Source: Bacilli bacterium (GTDB lineage: Bacteria; Bacillota_I; Bacilli_A; RF39; UBA660). From it: a DNA stretch of 46,232 nucleotides. Position 1 is the first letter of the stretch, and every line of letters begins with the position of its first letter. Below, piece after piece: positions 38,672 through 46,232 of this stretch. The notes below the pieces were generated by a model that saw only the letters and a program-made list of their open reading frames with translations, ran no database searches and was not told the DNA's origin. The stretch lies in NCBI GenBank assembly GCA_045535005.1, contig JAZSKU010000043.1, forward strand, positions 1-46,232. The letters are read 5' to 3'. A program made the translations under genes and the position numbers.

Positions 38672-38696
38672 GACTGAATATATTCAGTCTTTTTTT
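38670..38696 (+). terminator. Terminator of the S10-spc-alpha superoperon
   Basis: AAGACTGAA-TATA-TTCAGTCTT plus T run. Confidence 0.88.
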
Positions 38697-38856
38697 ATGC
38701 CTTAAAACGCTTATTTTAAGCCTTTTAAACGACTTTAGATTTATAAATAGAAATAGACTTATTTAACTTCTTTTTTTGTTTATTTATCTATTTATTCTTT
38801 TAATTAAATATTATTTAGTGTATAATGTTTGATAGGGTAGATATGGAGAAAATAAT

Positions 38857-40032
38857 ATGAGAAAAAAGAATGATGTAGTTAAGAAAAATGCTCAATTTAA
38901 TCTTATTGAAGTTATTATTTTAGTATTAATATCTTCTATATTATTTGGAGCTTTATGTTCATTACTTGTTTATAATAATTATGATAAAATAGCATCTGTT
39001 GATATAAATAATAGTAATAATAATAAATTAGATGAATTCATTGAAAGTTATAATCACATTATTAATAGTTATGTAAAAGAAGTTGATGAATCTAAATTAT
39101 TAGATGCTGCTATAGAAGGTATGTATAACTATTTAGATGATGATTATAGTATGTATTTAGATGAAGATTTAACTGAAACATTAAATGAACAATTAAACGG
39201 TGAATATACTGGTATCGGTGTTGAAATAACTGTTAATGCTAATGGTGAAGTAGTTATAAATAAAGTATTTAGTAATTCACCTGCATTAGAAGCTGGACTT
39301 AAACCTGGAGATATTTTAACTCATTTAGATGGTGAAGATTTAGTTGGAAAAGATGTAAGTTTTTTTGCTGATACTGTTAAGGGTAGTGATAAGACTTCAT
39401 TTGAAGTTACATTTAAAAGAAATAATGTTAGTAAGACAGTTACTATTGTTAAAAAAAGAGTTTCAATAGATTCTGTTACTAGTAAGGAATATGGTAATAT
39501 TGGATATATCGAAATTACTACTTTTTCTGGTACAACAAAGGATCAAGTAGAACAAAAAATAAATGCATTTAGTAATAATGTAGATTCTGTATTAATTGAT
39601 TTAAGAGGTAATACAGGAGGATATTTAAGTGCTGCTTATGAGATTGGAGACTTATTTATTCAAAAAGGAAAAGTTATTTATCAATTAAAAGATAAGAACG
39701 CTAGAATATCTGAATATAAAGCTAAATCAGGCGTTTTAAGGAACTTTAAGAAAATAGGTGTTTTAGTTAATGGTGCTAGTGCATCAGCTTCAGAAGTACT
39801 TGCTCTTGCTTTAAAAGAAAGTGCTGGTGCTAAGATAATTGGAACTAAGTCTTATGGTAAAGGTACTGTTCAAGAAACTAAACAATTAAATAGTGGAGCT
39901 ATGATTAAATATACTAGTGCTTATTGGTTAAGTCCGAATGGTAACTCAATAAATGAAATAGGTATTACACCAGATGTTAATTTAACTGAAAATGATAAGA
40001 TGTTAGATAATGCAATAGAAGCAATGAAATAG
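38857..40032 (+). CDS. S41 carboxyl-terminal processing protease (CtpA/CtpB-like) with PDZ domain
   Basis: N-terminal TM; GIGVEI/SPA..AGL PDZ; IDLRGN.GG, SASASE catalytic Ser, YGKG.VQ, GITPDV. Confidence 0.92.
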   Translation: MRKKNDVVKKNAQFNLIEVIILVLISSILFGALCSLLVYNNYDKIASVDINNSNNNKLDEFIESYNHIINSYVKEVDESKLLDAAIEGMYNYLDDDYSMYLDEDLTETLNEQLNGEYTGIGVEITVNANGEVVINKVFSNSPALEAGLKPGDILTHLDGEDLVGKDVSFFADTVKGSDKTSFEVTFKRNNVSKTVTIVKKRVSIDSVTSKEYGNIGYIEITTFSGTTKDQVEQKINAFSNNVDSVLIDLRGNTGGYLSAAYEIGDLFIQKGKVIYQLKDKNARISEYKAKSGVLRNFKKIGVLVNGASASASEVLALALKESAGAKIIGTKSYGKGTVQETKQLNSGAMIKYTSAYWLSPNGNSINEIGITPDVNLTENDKMLDNAIEAMK

Positions 40033-40044
40033 TTGCTTCTTTTA
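40017..40044 (+). terminator. Intrinsic terminator
   Basis: AGAAGCAA-N8-TTGCTTCT plus T run. Confidence 0.7.
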
Positions 40045-40120
40045 CTTTACATAAAAAAATATTTATTTATTTTAATTATTTAAATATATGTGGTACAATA
40101 ATATCAGAAAGAGGTGTCTT

Positions 40121-40648
40121 ATGAACATTAAAGTTGGAGACACACTTGTAATTCATTGTTATAAGCATAATGGTATGATTTATAAATCATGGGATTTAGC
40201 TTATGTTCTTGATATCAAAGAAGATTTATTAGTTCTTGGAAATGAAAATGTATTAGTTACTAAACAAGACGGAAGAACTTGGAGAACTAAAGAACCTGCA
40301 ATAATGTTTTTCTATACAAATAGATGGTTTAATATTATTGCTCAACTTAAGAATAATGGTATATTCTATTATTGTAATATTGCAAGTCCTTTTGTAATAG
40401 ACGATAATATAGTTAAGTATATTGACTATGATTTGGATTTAAGAGTATTTAATGATGGTGCGTTTAAGATACTAGATCGTAACGAATATAACTATCATAA
40501 GAAACTTATGAAATATCCAAAAGAAATTAATTATATTATTAAAGAAGAGTTATCATCTTTAATAGAAATGAAAAAATCAAGTGTGTTTCCTTTTAACAAA
40601 GAAACAATTGAAAAGTATTATGAAATATTTAAACAAGTTAAAAAATAG
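40121..40648 (+). CDS. DUF402 nucleoside tri/diphosphate phosphatase (YgaC/Ntdp-like)
   Basis: IHCYKHNG, DGRTWRTKEPAI, WFNII, YYCNIASP, YIDYDLD; ATG 40121 after GAGGTG SD; extended -10 TGGTACAAT at 40091-40099. Confidence 0.9.
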   Translation: MNIKVGDTLVIHCYKHNGMIYKSWDLAYVLDIKEDLLVLGNENVLVTKQDGRTWRTKEPAIMFFYTNRWFNIIAQLKNNGIFYYCNIASPFVIDDNIVKYIDYDLDLRVFNDGAFKILDRNEYNYHKKLMKYPKEINYIIKEELSSLIEMKKSSVFPFNKETIEKYYEIFKQVKK

Positions 40649-40682
40649 TAATATTTATGCTTATATTTCATAGAATATTAAG

Positions 40683-40706
40683 AAAGTATTGAAAAATACT
40701 TTTTTT
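40683..40706 (+). terminator. Intrinsic terminator
   Basis: AAAGTATT-GAAA-AATACTTT plus T run. Confidence 0.65.
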
Positions 40707-40719
40707 ATTTAAAAAGTTG

Positions 40720-40748
40720 TTGACATTAGTATTTGTTGGTGTTATATT
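40720..40748 (+). promoter_or_regulatory. rrn promoter P1
   Basis: TTGACA-17 bp-TATATT with TG extension and upstream A/T tract. Confidence 0.85.
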
Positions 40749-40842
40749 AATGGGGCACTTGAAGGAAAAAGGCTAAAAAGCCTAGTAAAACTTAGTAAAA
40801 AATGACTTTTTACAAAAAAAATGAAAAATTTTTAAAAAGTTG

Positions 40843-40871
40843 TTGACATTAAGAACTGATGGTGTTATATT
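40843..40871 (+). promoter_or_regulatory. rrn promoter P2
   Basis: TTGACA-17 bp-TATATT; near-copy of P1 123 bp downstream. Confidence 0.85.
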
Positions 40872-41005
40872 AATGAGGCACTTGTGAAAAGGTGCTGTAA
40901 ATTCAATAATATTCAAGTTAGTTAGGCAAATTTATGATTTTATTATTTAGAAATTTTCTAAAAAAATAAAATTGTAAAAAAAGTTGAAAAAAATAAAAAA
41001 AGTTG

Positions 41006-41034
41006 TTGACAAGCCGAAACGAACATGTTATATT
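41006..41034 (+). promoter_or_regulatory. rrn promoter P3
   Basis: TTGACA-17 bp-TATATT with TG extension and long upstream A-tracts. Confidence 0.85.
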
Positions 41035-41041
41035 ATTAGAG

Positions 41042-41089
41042 CAACCGCAAGAAGACGGTTGAAACGATCTTTGAAAACTAAGTAAAATA
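41042..41089 (+). promoter_or_regulatory. rrn leader: boxB-like hairpin, boxA and 5' arm of the 16S processing stem
   Basis: CAACCG..CGGTTG hairpin then TCTTTGAAAAC; 41062-41089 is largely complementary to 42816-42844. Confidence 0.75.
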
Positions 41090-41148
41090 AAGAGTTTTGT
41101 AGACAGGATTAAAAAGTAAATCAATTCTTTAACAATAAAAAGAATTTT

Positions 41149-42720
<1,572 letters not shown>

Positions 42721-42905
42721 ATGGAGTATTTCTTATAGAAAACAATATCGTTTCTGCTAGTTTAGATATTAAAACTCAAACTAGTTTCGTAGAACCTTTC
42801 TACAAACTGTAAAACTTATTTTACTTAGCTTTGAGAGACCGTTTCTCATAACTTGTTATGAAAAACTTCTCTCTATATTATTGTATAGAATGTATTATAC
42901 AATAA

Positions 42906-42929
42906 TTGTTCTTTGAAAACTTGGTAATG
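42906..42929 (+). promoter_or_regulatory. Spacer boxA and 5' arm of the 23S processing stem
   Basis: TTGTTCTTTGAAAAC; largely complementary to 46003-46026. Confidence 0.7.
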
Positions 42930-43045
42930 TGATATTTGTATATGTTGTAACGAGCACATATACATAAGAGTAATTTTTTAATAGAGTAATCTAAAGAAAT
43001 TTAGATATTAAGAAATCAATCTCATCAAATTAGGAAATTGTAAGT

Positions 43046-45971
<2,926 letters not shown>

Positions 45972-46033
45972 CTAATTATTATTATTTTTGATATATTTTA
46001 AGCATTATCTTGTTTTTAAAGGACAAAATCCTT

Positions 46034-46138
46034 ATTGGTGACGATAGCTGAGTGGGCACACCTCTTCCCATCCCGAACAGAGAAGTTAAGCACTCATACG
46101 CCGACGATAGTCTTATGCGAAAATAGGTAGTTGCCAAT
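46034..46138 (+). rRNA. rrf: 5S ribosomal RNA (short, ~105 nt)
   Basis: ATTGGTGAC...GTTGCCAAT helix I, CCCATCCCGAAC, GAAGTTAAGC. Confidence 0.95.
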
Positions 46139-46232
46139 TTTTTTTTTTGCAATTTTTTTTCGGAGGGACCACGCCAGAGGCAAACGGATCTTCCGAATAT
46201 AGAATATATTTTCAAAAATAGCATACTATATA

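Noticed and set aside
40708-40885. CRISPR-like direct repeat
   Set aside because: Only two copies, each a complete sigma-A promoter; no cas genes
42721-43045. tRNA-Ile/Ala in the 16S-23S spacer
   Set aside because: No cloverleaf or GTTCRA T-loop; the spacer holds only processing stems, AT-rich hairpins and boxA

Overview
This is a 46 kb, very AT-rich chromosomal segment in which every supported gene lies on the + strand. It comes from a genome-reduced but walled Bacillota (Firmicute). Mollicute-like rRNA traits, a short 5S and no rpmD in the spc operon, together with spo0A, ftsEX-M23, glmS, RF2 and TGA stop codons, suggest an RF39-like Bacilli lineage (inference, not searched). Gene order: DUF1835-like gene, an ORFan, prfB (no frameshift), YitT, ftsE-ftsX-M23, a candidate ~75-nt sRNA, whiA, uridine kinase, gap, glmS; then a tightly coupled cluster of CotH kinase, VTC polyphosphate-polymerase domain, DUF4956, a tandem-domain surface protein, a phosphodiester glycosidase and a dNMP-kinase-like protein running into pgk-tpiA; spo0A with tandem 0A boxes; gpmI-tlyA; the S10-spc-alpha ribosomal superoperon (L30 missing, an 83-aa ORF inserted between rpsN and rpsH); an S41 protease; DUF402; and a complete 16S-23S-5S operon with three tandem promoters and no spacer tRNA. 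The best candidate for an undescribed system is the CotH/VTC/DUF4956 locus, which may be a split bacterial VTC complex exporting polyphosphate to a surface kinase. The next best is the stand-alone double-CUUG-hairpin RNA upstream of whiA. No CRISPR, IS element or prophage was seen. All family calls come from recognising motifs by eye, not from database searches.
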